The notes: generated by a model not told the origin, from the letters alone. A DNA stretch of 64,000 nt from Mayamaea pseudoterrestris (GCA_027923505.1 BROI01000013.1:558001-622000); one strand, 5' to 3'; positions 1 to 11,800 are shown, numbered from the stretch's first letter. A program made the numbers and translations.

Positions 1-2
1 CA

Positions 3-1976
3 GACGACGCAACTTACGATTCTGATGCATACCCAAGCAGTCAAAGTTACGGATCAGACTCCTTCACTTACGAAGGCTATCAAGCTTTTCTTCAAGCATG
101 GGATCACCGCAATCAAGCGCCTGAGCATGTCGTTTCTCGAGCGCGCTACGAAACCACCATCCAGCAAATAAAGAAAGATGAGCAAGACATCGAGACAAAC
201 CCTGCAAGCGCCGCACGACTGTGCATGCTAGAACGTTTCAGCCAAAGGCGTTTCCTCAAGGATCTCATCTTCTGGTTCAAAGAAATCAATGAAGAAGACG
301 AAGAAGCACTGTTTGACGAACGTTTAAAGGTTGTCATCGATCATGCAATTGCCAAGGAAGTCAAAAGACGAGCACTCGAAGGAACATTGCGAACGCGCAG
401 CATACTAGAAGAAGACCTCTGCAACGTCGGCTTGGAATTCAGCAAAGACTTAACGACTTTCAACTACCTCGACCAATTTCCAGAAAGCGAGAGAGAAGCA
501 GAACGACAGGAACTACTAGACCTTCTTGCAGAACGCGAGGCAAGAGACGCACGCGAAGCAGCAGAGCAGCGCGCACGCAGATACCAGCCTCCAGCTCGCA
601 ATTCAAATCAACTGCAACATGAAAGCCCAAATCCATTCAATGCATTGAGATACAACGTAAGCGCCAATGCCTACGCGGTTCGAAGAAACAACAACAACAA
701 CAACGAATTCGCCCTTGCAACTATCCATGAATCCATTACGTGTCCAACCAACTTGGATATACTGAAGCATCCCGAAATCTTCATTGGCGATACTGCAGCA
801 ACCGTCGACTGCACACCTCATCCAGAAGGCCTATTCGATGCCCGCCAGATAAGGAACGAAGGCATTACAATGGGAAATCAAACAGTTGCAGACATTCAAA
901 CCATGGCAAAACTACGAGTCGACGCATGCGATCGATTTGGCAATCCTCTCTATCAAGGAGTCCTCAACAACATTGCTTACGCGCCCGACTGCGCCTTCAA
1001 TCTGTTCAGCATCACTCAACGTTTAGCGACAGGATGGAACCTCCGCAGCGGCAACAAGAAGATTTGGTTGGAGAAAGAAAACCAACACTCCATCGTCTTT
1101 GATTTGCTGATTCTTACCAAGCGAGGTCATCTTTACTGCATGTACTTGAGACGAGTCATTCCAATGCCATTAGTTCAAGCGCCTCGTAACGAGTTCGCCA
1201 TGATTGCAGCCAACTTGCTTCCGACACGCCGTCTCTCCTACAAACAAATGCACGAACTGTGCGGACACCAAAGCCCCCAAATGACACTCGCAATTGCCAA
1301 GCACTTCAAATGGGAAATACATGGATCGTCCAAGAACAAGTGTGTTGCCTGCGCAATAGGAAAAGCCAAGAAACAACCGGTTCCTCAAATATCGCCGCGC
1401 ATCCGAGCCACAGAGCCAGGCGAGCGACTCTACATGGACCTTTCTTCATTCAGAGTCATGAAGAGCAAATCAGAACTTGGATTCTCCTCCATTCAACCGC
1501 AATGGCAACTCATCGTCGACGAAGCGACGGGCTACAAACATAGTGCCATGTACCGCACCAAAGGGGAAATCGTCGAGCCGACATGCCAGATGCTCTACTA
1601 TCTCATCCAACGCGGCATTACAGTCAAATACCTTCGAATGGACAACGCCGGAGAGAACCAAGCATTAGCCAAGTCAATGAAGAGCTCCGCTTGGAAATTG
1701 CCGATCGAGATCGAATGGACTGCAAGAGACACCCCGCAGCAGAACAGTCTTGTCGAGATTGGATTCCCGACGCTTACCAACCGCACGCGCGCCATATTCA
1801 CAGCCCAAAACATTCCACCTTCAATTCGGTTTCATTTGGCACCATCTGCCTTCGAATACTCAACTGACATGGACAATCTTGCTATCGTCGAGCACAAGGG
1901 CACTCTAGCAACAACCACATCGCCAACGACGACACACATCGAGCGCACCGCAGTCACGGGCCGATATCCGGATTAA
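3..1976 (+). pseudogene. Copia polyprotein, first segment: aspartic protease, HHCC zinc finger and DDE integrase core
   Basis: Frame 3 is open from base 3. Motifs: FIGDTAAT (protease D-S/T-G-A-T-like); MHELCGH...CVAC (HHCC); LYMDL, LRMDNAGEN and TPQQNSLVE (D,D,E). Similarity is lost after about 1910 and the frame ends at TAA 1974-1976. Confidence 0.88.
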
Positions 1977-2628
1977 AGTCTCACAAAAGTTCCAAGGCAT
2001 CTTTGTCGGCTACAGCAAAAGTGTCACGAACTCCACCGACCAATTCGCGCAATGGCGTAGTCCCCAGACGATTCCTTCACCGACCGAGCACTTCCAACCT
2101 AAGCCCCGCGCACGAAATCGTCACTCACAACATTGCCGCATTTCCTGCACTCAACCTCTTTCCTCACCGCATCACCATGGGAATTTGCCGCCGCCACCCG
2201 CGAAATCTCCAGACGACAAGAACAAGAAGAAACCAACGTTCCATACAAAGCGCATCTTGACACGATCTACCTCGCTGATTGATCTGACTGACCATGACAC
2301 TCCAGAAGCATCGGAAGCCTCACCAACAAACTCAATCCAATCAGCACCCGACACCTTCAATCCAACTGCACTTACAATATACCACCCAAATGCGAATGCA
2401 CCAACAAGCGCGCAAGAAGAAGGAACAGACATTCTCAATACGCCTCAATCTCCAAGAGCGCATACTACAATCGCCGATCGCCAAGCAAACGCAATTCAAA
2501 GACACATCGCTCGATTCTCATCAAATCACTCACGAGGATCGCAAAGCTCAAGATCATCTACACGCTCCACACGATCAAATCCTGGTGGCCTGCGTCGCAC
2601 TACACGAGAAACAAGAACACCAACTTGA
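1912..2628 (+). pseudogene. Copia polyprotein, frameshifted middle segment (integrase C-terminal SH3-like motif and low-complexity linker)
   Basis: Frame 1 encodes KFQGIFVGYS (the typical copia C/G-IFVGYS motif) and LRRTTRETRTPT (RRSTR-like motif). It ends at an in-frame TGA at 2626-2628. The start coordinate is approximate. Confidence 0.7.
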
Positions 2629-5600
2629 TTCGATCCGACCAACCCTGCAACATTCGCCGCCATACTGGCCGCACTCGACGAACGATTCGGCAATCGCACA
2701 ACACTATACAACGCACGCGACAACGGCTATGACAGTGACCGATCAGCTGAATCAGAATATGACAAGTACTGCGAGTCTGACGAGCAAGAATTCCACCGCC
2801 GACCATATGACGACCAGCAAGACGAAGAATCAGTCTCATCGAGCGGGTCCATACCTCCTCTGGTACCTCGAAATGACGACTACAGCAGCGCAGGTGACAG
2901 CGAAGCTCCTGAACTATGGGGCAACGAAGACAGTTTCTGTTTGCCTACACAAGATCAACGTTACGAAGCTGCCTACGAGCCATCACACGAGCGCGACGAC
3001 GACTCCGTATCATTAAATGATTCCATACCCGACTTAGTCCCAAGAGCCGACGACCATAGCAGTGCAGGAGACAGTCAAGTAATCGAGCTGTGGGACATTA
3101 ATGCAGACGACGATGAATATGAAGAAGAGCTCACCCGAGCAAATGGACGTCCTGCACCTCAACCAGCCGCCCCTCAAGCGTCTATCGAAACAGTGATCAC
3201 GACTCGAGTCTCCAACGTTTGCAGCCCGACTCTTCAACTCGGGAAGGGTTTCAATCCAGATGACCATGAAGATAAAACATCTATACTAGTCACCGAGACA
3301 CAAGACGAAAGCGACGAGTCGACAAACCAGCAAATCGATCTACCGCCAGAACAACTTGCCATCATGGCCGATCTCCTACACGTTCCCTCTTCAACGATTC
3401 TCGACGACACACATACATCCGTCCATGATTCGCCATACCAACAAGAAAACGACCATGAAGATCAACAAAGCTTCCATAGCGCCGACTTGATCCCTGCAGA
3501 AATCCATTTAAACCTCGACGAGACAAGCGAACCACCGAACGAGCCCACGAATTCCACCTTTGAATACTTCTTCCGCGACATGCCCAGCGTGCCGTCTAGT
3601 GCAAGCATCTTTTACGACGCGTCTCCCATTCCCACACTCGGAGAGTTTGCGTGCGTTGGAGCAGGCATTGGAGGCGGATTCATCAACACAGAAGAGTTGC
3701 ACACGATCAAGTTCAAGCAAGCCATGGGCAGTCCAGAGCGTCCCGAATGGATCAAGGCAATTCGCAAAGAGAAGGACAACCTCATCAAGCACGGCACATT
3801 CCAAGTCGTTTCACGCAGCATGATACCACCTCGAACAAAGTGCATGACAAGCAAGTGGGTGCTCAAGAAGAAGTCAAACGGCACATACAAAGCACGAATC
3901 ACAGCAAGAGGCTACGAACAAGAAGACGGAATCCATTACGACAGCAACAAGATCTCATCTCCAGTAGCATCGCCAACGTCCATCAAGATTGTCACAACTC
4001 TTGCCATCATGATGGGATACGAGCCACACATCTTCGATATAAGCGGAGCATTCCTCTACGGCACGTTTGACGAAGGCCACGAGTGTTACATGCACATACC
4101 TGAAGGTTTCCAAGACGACTATCCACCCAATCACGTTTGGCTACTCAAGCGCACGCTATACGGAACTAAACAAGCTGCGCGAGCGTTCTGGGACCAACTG
4201 GTCAAAGCACTTCGACAAATAGGATTTGAACGGAGCGTTGCCGACCCTTGCCTGTTTTACAAACAAGATGGCGACCGCCACATGCACATCGTCTCACACA
4301 TCGACGATCTCCTGTTAAGCGGCCCTCCGGACATGATTGAAGACACTAAGAAACAACTTCTACAGCACTTTGACGGCGAAGACGGCGGACCAATGGACGA
4401 GTACATCGGTTGCAAGATTGAACGAGGCGAAAACTACATGCGATGGACGCAACCAGTCCTCCTACAAAGCTTACAAGACGAGTTTACAATCCCTCCGCCG
4501 AAACGCCAAGAGGCATGCGTTCCTGCTCAACCCGGGACGGTGCTACCATGCATCAAAGAAGGCGATCCTTCCGCTCTGAGCAACAACAAACAGACGATTC
4601 TTCGACAAGGCCTAGGCAAACTACTTTACCTCGCCCGATGGTCTCGACCAGAGACACTCTACGCCATAAATGACTTATGCCGAGCCATGAAGACGGGAGA
4701 AGAAGCCCACGAGAAAGCCATGTACCGAGCCATCCGCTACATGTGTGCAACACCAAAGAGAGGCAGACTGTTCCTCCCAAACCGCGAGTATACCGGCCCA
4801 AACCACGTCTTTATCATTAGCGCCAGAAGCGACTCAGATTACGCCAAGGATCCCGACAAGCACAAGAGCCATTCCGGTGGCATCACCTACCTTGAAGGCG
4901 TTCCCGTCGCCGAAGTTTGCCGCCTACAGAAACACGTCTCCCTTTCAGTAACTGAGTCCGAAATGTCCGCAGGTACCGACGTCATACAAGACATGCTTCA
5001 CACACATGCCATTCTTCAGTCAATAGGCCTCAAAGTCCAACTACCAATGGTCCTGGAAATGGACAACAGCGGGGCAATCGACATCATCAACAGCTGGAAG
5101 ACAGGAGGGCGCACACGCCATGTTGACGTACGCCACAACTTCGCTCGAGAGCTCAAAGAACACGGCATCCTCCTCGTCAAGTACATTGAAACCAAGAAGA
5201 ACACTGCCGACATCTTCACCAAGAACTTGGACCTTTCCACCTTCAATCGCCATGCACGGATCCTAGTTGGAGAGGATGAGTACTACAAGATGGATTCAAT
5301 GCCTGAAGCCATCGCTCTCCAAGGGAAGGGTGCTGGGATCCCCGTTTTGGCCGACGAACAAAGCAACATTGAAAAGGACATCGACACGGTCTCAGCGGCA
5401 CCAAGACACGGAACATCCCGTTCACGACCACACTCCTACGACGGCGAGAGTAGAAAGTCAGCCACTGGCCCAAACCCTACACACTTCACCGTACCCGAAG
5501 AATTCACGACTGACAACCGTAGAAAGACTACCGCAGGTACATCAAATACCGGAACCGGCGTACACAGCGAATGTTCGGCCTCTACAGAGCGAAGCTGTGC

Positions 5601-5721
5601 AAACACTACCAGCAGTGAAGACTATACTGCCAATTCTGTAGACGGACGAGAGCCATCCCGCCTACGGGATGGCCAGTACAAAATGACACGACCGGTAGAC
5701 AATACACATACGTATGAATGA
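2629..5721 (+). CDS. Copia reverse transcriptase (RVT_2-type) and RNase H; remnant of the polyprotein
   Basis: Frame 1 is open from 2629 to TGA 5719-5721. RT motifs: KWVLKKK, YKARITARGYEQ, DISGAFLYG, LYGTKQAAR, HIDDLL. RNase H motifs: SDSDYA, SVTESE, MDNSGA, RTRHVDVRHNFARE, ADIFTKNL. Confidence 0.93.
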   Translation, partial: FDPTNPATFAAILAALDERFGNRTTLYNARDNGYDSDRSAESEYDKYCESDEQEFHRRPYDDQQDEESVSSSGSIPPLVPRNDDYSSAGDSEAPELWGNEDSFCLPTQDQRYEAAYEPSHERDDDSVSLNDSIPDLVPRADDHSSAGDSQVIELWDINADDDEYEEELTRANGRPAPQPAAPQASIETVITTRVSNVCSPTLQLGKGFNPDDHEDKTSILVTETQDESDESTNQQIDLPPEQLAIMADLLHVPSSTILDDTHTSVHDSPYQQENDHEDQQSFHSADLIPAEIHLNLDETSEPPNEPTNSTFEYFFRDMPSVPSSASIFYDASPIPTLGEFACVGAGIGGGFINTEELHTIKFKQAMGSPERPEWIKAIRKEKDNLIKHGTFQVVSRSMIPPRTKCMTSKWVLKKKSNGTYKARITARGYEQEDGIHYDSNKISSPVASPTSIKIVTTLAIMMGYEPHIFDISGAFLYGTFDEGHECYMHIPEGFQDDYPPNHVWLLKRTLYGTKQAARAFWDQLVKALRQIGFERSVADPCLFYKQDGDRHMHIVSHIDDLLLSGPPDMIEDTKKQLLQHFDGEDGGPMDEYIGCKIERGENYMRWTQPVLLQSLQDEFTIPPPKRQEACVPAQPGTVLPCIKEGDPSALSNNKQTILRQGLGKLLYLARWSRPETLYAINDLCRAMKTGEEAHEKAMYRAIRYMCATPKRGRLFLPNREYTGPNHVFIISARSDSDYAKDPDKHKSHSGGITYLEGVPVAEVCRLQKHVSLSVTESEMSAGTDVIQDMLHTHAILQSIGLKVQLPMVLEMDNSGAIDIINSWKTGGRTRHVDVRHNFARELKEHGILLVKYIETKKNTADIFTKNLDLSTFNRHARILVGEDEYYKMDSMPEAIALQGKGAGIPVLADEQSNIEKDIDTVSAAPRHGTSRSRPHSYDGESRKSATGPNPTHFTVPEEFTTDNRRKTTAGTSNTGTGVHSECSASTERSCANTTSSEDYTANSVDGREPSRLRDGQYKMTRPVDNTHTYE
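5321..5330 (+). promoter_or_regulatory. Polypurine tract (plus-strand primer)
   Basis: AAGGGAAGGG lies just downstream of the RNase H core and immediately precedes TGCTG. Confidence 0.8.
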
Positions 5722-5885
5722 GAAGACACTCTTGGATGCGAAATCGACCGCTTCACTTTCGTCTCATTCTAGAGGATCTACTAACAATAGATTCAATTTA
5801 AAACACCCCCCGCCAAACGCAAGTCCCAATTAGCGTTCAAACCGTCTTCCCTCACATGGGTACGCCTCCATCTTGGGTCTCAGCA
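5331..5885 (+). repeat. 3' LTR, about 555 bp
   Basis: Starts TGCTGGGATCCC right after the PPT and ends GGGTCTCAGCA (reverse complement TGCTGAGACCC), so it has TG...CA ends with an imperfect terminal inverted repeat. The 5' LTR is not in the window, so the boundary cannot be confirmed by pairing. Confidence 0.75.
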
Positions 5886-8800
5886 AACACCACAAATTGT
5901 CAATTCTTCCCTGTCAAACGCCCCATGCCCTGGCCACCCAAATACCCAATGAGTCAGGCCAAACATGTCCAGGGTATGCCATTGACTGGTGCAGAGTCTC
6001 AAATGGTGCAAAAAGGACTGCCTGGAGGCTGACACCATGGGTACGGCCTCCACGGTGGGTATGGCCAACACCACAAGTTGTCAATTCTTCCCTGTCAAAC
6101 GCCCCATGCCCTGGCCACCCAAATACCCAATGAGTCAGGCAAAACATGTCCAGGGTATGCCATTGACAGGTGCAGAGTCTCAAATGGTGCAAAAAGGACT
6201 GCCTGGAGGCTGACACCATGGGTACGGCCTCCACGGTGGGTATGGCCAACACCACAAGTTGCAGATTCTTACCTGTCAAACGCCCCATGCCCTGGCCACC
6301 CAAATACCCAATGAGTCAGGCAAAACATGTCCAGGGGATGCCATTGACAGGTGCAGAGTCTCAAATGGTGCAAAAAGGACTGCCTGGAGGCTGAAACCAT
6401 GGGTACGGCCTCCACGGTGGGTATGGCCAACACCACAAGTTGTAGATTCTGCCCTGTCAAACGCCCCATGCCCTGGCCACCCAAATACCCAATGAGTCAG
6501 GCAAAACATGTCCAGGGTATTCCATTGACAGGTGCATAGTCTCAAATGGTGCAAAAAGGACTGCCTGGAGGCTGACACCATGGGTACGGCCTCCACGGTG
6601 GGTATGCCAACACCACAAGTTGTCGATTCTTACCTGTCAAACGCCCCATGCCCTGGCCACCCAAATACCCAATGAGTCAGGCCAAACATGTCCAGGGTAG
6701 GCCATTGACAGGTGCATAGTCTCAAATGGTGCAAAAAGGACTGCCTGGAGGCTGACACCATGGGTACGGCCTCCACTGTGGGTATGGCCAACACCACAAG
6801 TTGCCGATTCTGACCTGTCAAACGCCCCATGCCCTGGCCACCCAAATACCCAATGAGTCAGGCAAAACATGTCCAGGGTATGCCATTGACAGGTGCAGAG
6901 TCTCAAATGGTGCAAAAAGGACTGCCTGGAGGCTGACAACATGGGTACGGCCTCCACTGTGGGTATGGCCAACACCACAAGTTGTCGATTCTTCCCTGTC
7001 AAACGCCCCATGCCCTGGCCACCCAAATACCCAATGAGTCAGGCAAAACATGTCCAGGGTAGGCCATTGACAGGTGCAGAGTCTCAAATGGTGCAAAAAG
7101 GACTGCCTGGAGGCTGACACCATGGGTACGGCCTCCACGGTGGGTATGGCCAACACCACAAGTTGTCGATTCTGACCTGTCAAACGCCCCATGCCCTGGC
7201 CACCCAAATACCCAATGAGTCAGGCAAAACATGTCCAGGGTATGCCATTGACAGGTGCAGAGTCTCAAATGGTGCAAAAAGGACTGCCTGGAGGCTGAGA
7301 ACATGGGTACGGCCTTAAGTATGGCCAACACCACAAGTTGCAGATTCTTCCCTGTCAAACGCCCCATGCCCTGGCCACCCAAATACCCAATGAGTCAGGC
7401 CAAACATGTCCAGGGTATGCCATTGACAGGTGCAGAGTCTCAAATGGTGCAAAAAAGGACTGCCTGGAGGCTGACACCATGGGTACGGCCTCCACTGTGG
7501 GTATGGCCAACACCACAAGTTGCAGATTCTGACCTGTCAAACGCCCCATGCCCTGGCCACCCAAATACCCAATGAGTCAGGCAAAACATGTCCAGGGTAT
7601 GCCATTGACAGGTGCAGAGTCTCAAATGGTGCAAAAAGGACTGCCTGGAGGCTGACACCATGGGTACGACCTCCACTGTGGGTATGGCCAACACCACAAG
7701 TTGCAGATTCTTCCCTGTCAAGCGCCCCATGCCCTGGCCACCCAAATACCCAATGAGTCAGGCAAAACATGTCCAGGGGATGCCATTGACAGGTGCAGAG
7801 TCTCAAATGGTGCAAAAAGGACTGCCTGGAGGCTGAAAACATGGGTACGGCCTCCACTGTGGGTATGGCCAACACCACAAGTTGCAGATTCTTCCCTGTC
7901 AAACGCCCCATGCCCTGGCCACCCAAATACCCAATGAGTCAGGCAAAACATGTCCAGGGTATGCCATTGACAGGTGCATAGTCTCAAATGGTGCAAAAAG
8001 GACTGCCTGGAGGCTGAAACCATGGGTACGGCCTCCACTGTGGGTATGCCAACACCACAAGTTGCAGAATCTTCCCTGTCAAACGCCCCACGCCCTGGCC
8101 ACCCAAATACCCAATGAGTCAGGCAAAACATGTCCAGGGTATGCCATTGACAGGTGCATAGTCTCAAATGGTGCAAAAGGACTGCCTGGAGGCTGAAAAC
8201 ATGGGTACGGCCTCCACTGTGGGTATGGCCAACACCACAAGTTGCAGATTCTTCCCTGTCAAACGCCCCATGCCCTGGCCACCCAAATACCCAATGAGTC
8301 AGGCAAAACATGTCCAGGGATGCCATTGACAGGTGCATAGTCTCAAATGGTGCAAAAAGGACTGCCTGGAGGCTGACACCATGGGTACGGCCTCCACTGT
8401 GGGTATGGCCAACACCACAAGTTGCAGATTCTTCCCTGTCAAACGCCCCATGCCCTGGCCACCCAAATACCCAATGAGTCAGGCAAAACATGTCCAGGGT
8501 ATGCCATTGACAGGTGCATAGTCTCAAATGGTGCAAAAAGGACTGCCTGGAGGCTGACACCATGGGTACGGCCTCCACTGTGGGTATGCCAACACCACAA
8601 GTTGCAGATTCTTCCCTGTCAAACGCCCCATGCCCTGGCCACCCAAATACCCAATGAGTCAGGCAAAACATGTCCAGGGTATGCCATTGACAGGTGCATA
8701 GTCTCAAATGGTGCAAAAAGGACTGCCTGGAGGCTGACAACATGGGTACGGCCTCCACTGTGGGTATGGCCAACACCACAAGTTGCAGATTCTTCCCTGT

Positions 8801-11800
8801 CAAACGCCCCATGCCCTGGCCACCCAAATACCCAATGAGTCAGGCAAAACATGTCCAGGGTATGCCATTGACAGGTGCATAGTCTCAAATGGTGCAAAAA
8901 GGACTGCCTGGAGGCTGACAACATGGGTACGGCCTTCACTGTGGGTATGGCCAACACCACAAGTTGCAGATTTTTCCCTGTCAAACGCCCCATGCCCTGG
9001 CCACCCAAATACCCAATGAGTCAGGCAAAACATGTCCAGGGTATGCCATTGACAGGTGCAGAGTCTCAAATGGTGCAAAAAGGACTGCCTGGAGGCCGAA
9101 AACATGGGTACGGCCTTCACTGTGGGTATGGCCAACACCACAAGTTGCAGATTCTTCCCTGTCAAACGCCCCATGCCCTGGCCACCCAAATACCCAATGA
9201 GTCAGGCAAAACATGTCCAGGGTATGCCATTGACAGGTGCATAGTCTCAAATGGTGCAAAAAGGACTGCCTGGAGGCTGAAAACATGGGTACGGCCTCCA
9301 CTGTGGGTATGGCCAACACCACAAGTTGCAGATTCTTCCCTGTCAAACGCCCCATGCCCTGGCCACCCAAATACCCAATGAGTCAGGCAAAACATGTCCA
9401 GGGTATGCCATTGACAGGTGCATAGTCTCAAATGGTGCAAAAGGACTGCCTGGAGGCTGACACCATGGGTACGGCCTCCACTGTGGGTATGGCCAACACC
9501 ACAAGTTGCAGATTCTTCCCTGTCAAACGCCCCATGCCCTGGCCACCCAAATACCCAATGAGTCAGGCAAAACATGTCCAGGGGATGCCATTGACAGGTG
9601 CATAGTCTCAAATGGTGCAAAAGGACTGCCTGGAGGCTGAAAACATGGGTACGGCCTCCACTGTGGGTATGGCCAACACCACAAGTTGCAGATTCTTCCC
9701 TGTCAAACGCCCCATGCCCTGGCCACCCAAATACCCAATGAGTCAGGCAAAACATGTCCAGGGTATGCCATTGACAGGTGCAGAGTCTCAAATGGTGCAA
9801 AAGGACTGCCTGGAGGCTGACAACATGGGTACGGCCTCCACTGTGGGTACGGCCTCCACTGTGGGTATGCCAACACCACAAGTTGCAGAATCTTCCCTGT
9901 CAAACGCCCCACGCCCTGGCCACCCAAATACCCAATGAGTCAGGCAAAACATGTCCAGGGTATGCCATTGACAGGTGCATAGTCTCAAATGGTGCAAAAG
10001 GACTGCCTGGAGGCTGAAAACATGGGTACGGCCTCCACTGTGGGTATGGCCAACACCACAAGTTGCAGATTCTTCCCTGTCAAACGCCCCATGCCCTGGC
10101 CACCCAAATACCCAATGAGTCAGGCAAAACATGTCCAGGGATGCCATTGACAGGTGCATAGTCTCAAATGGTGCAAAAAGGACTGCCTGGAGGCTGACAC
10201 CATGGGTACGGCCTCCACTGTGGGTATGGCCAACACCACAAGTTGCAGATTCTTCCCTGTCAAACGCCCCATGCCCTGGCCACCCAAATACCCAATGAGT
10301 CAGGCAAAACATGTCCAGGGTATGCCATTGACAGGTGCATAGTCTCAAATGGTGCAAAAAGGACTGCCTGGAGGCTGACACCATGGGTACGGCCTCCACT
10401 GTGGGTATGCCAACACCACAAGTTGCAGATTCTTCCCTGTCAAACGCCCCATGCCCTGGCCACCCAAATACCCAATGAGTCAGGCAAAACATGTCCAGGG
10501 TATGCCATTGACAGGTGCATAGTCTCAAATGGTGCAAAAAGGACTGCCTGGAGGCTGACAACATGGGTACGGCCTCCACTGTGGGTATGGCCAACACCAC
10601 AAGTTGCAGATTCTTCCCTGTCAAACGCCCCATGCCCTGGCCACCCAAATACCCAATGAGTCAGGCAAAACATGTCCAGGGTATGCCATTGACAGGTGCA
10701 TAGTCTCAAATGGTGCAAAAAGGACTGCCTGGAGGCTGACAACATGGGTACGGCCTTCACTGTGGGTATGGCCAACACCACAAGTTGCAGATTTTTCCCT
10801 GTCAAACGCCCCATGCCCTGGCCACCCAAATACCCAATGAGTCAGGCAAAACATGTCCAGGGTATGCCATTGACAGGTGCAGAGTCTCAAATGGTGCAAA
10901 AAGGACTGCCTGGAGGCCGAAAACATGGGTACGGCCTTCACTGTGGGTATGGCCAACACCACAAGTTGCAGATTCTTCCCTGTCAAACGCCCCATGCCCT
11001 GGCCACCCAAATACCCAATGAGTCAGGCAAAACATGTCCAGGGTATGCCATTGACAGGTGCATAGTCTCAAATGGTGCAAAAAGGACTGCCTGGAGGCTG
11101 AAAACATGGGTACGGCCTCCACTGTGGGTATGGCCAACACCACAAGTTGCAGATTCTTCCCTGTCAAACGCCCCATGCCCTGGCCACCCAAATACCCAAT
11201 GAGTCAGGCAAAACATGTCCAGGGTATGCCATTGACAGGTGCATAGTCTCAAATGGTGCAAAAGGACTGCCTGGAGGCTGACACCATGGGTACGGCCTCC
11301 ACTGTGGGTATGGCCAACACCACAAGTTGCAGATTCTTCCCTGTCAAACGCCCCATGCCCTGGCCACCCAAATACCCAATGAGTCAGGCAAAACATGTCC
11401 AGGGGATGCCATTGACAGGTGCATAGTCTCAAATGGTGCAAAAGGACTGCCTGGAGGCTGAAAACATGGGTACGGCCTCCACTGTGGGTATGGCCAACAC
11501 CACAAGTTGCAGATTCTTCCCTGTCAAACGCCCCATGCCCTGGCCACCCAAATACCCAATGAGTCAGGCAAAACATGTCCAGGGTATGCCATTGACAGGT
11601 GCAGAGTCTCAAATGGTGCAAAAGGACTGCCTGGAGGCTGACAACATGGGTACGGCCTCCACTGTGGGTATAGCCAACACCACAAGTTGCAGATTCTTCC
11701 CTGTCAAACGCCCCATGCCCTGGCCACCCAAATACCCAATGAGTCAGGCAAAACATGTCCAGGGGATGCCATTGACAGGTGCAGAGTCTCAAATGGTGCA

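Larger units (their letters stand above)
1..5885 (+). mobile_element. Ty1/copia LTR retrotransposon, 5' end outside the window, pol disrupted
   Basis: Domain order is protease - integrase - RT - RNase H (the copia order). It is followed by a polypurine tract and a TG...CA-bounded LTR with terminal inverted repeats. Confidence 0.95.

Noticed and set aside
686..704. (AAC)n microsatellite
   Set aside because: It is a short poly-Asn codon run inside the polyprotein and is unremarkable.
2294..3016. 240-aa alternative-frame ORF in the copia linker
   Set aside because: It is a low-complexity shadow frame of the A/C-rich pol strand. Frame 1 carries the recognisable motifs.
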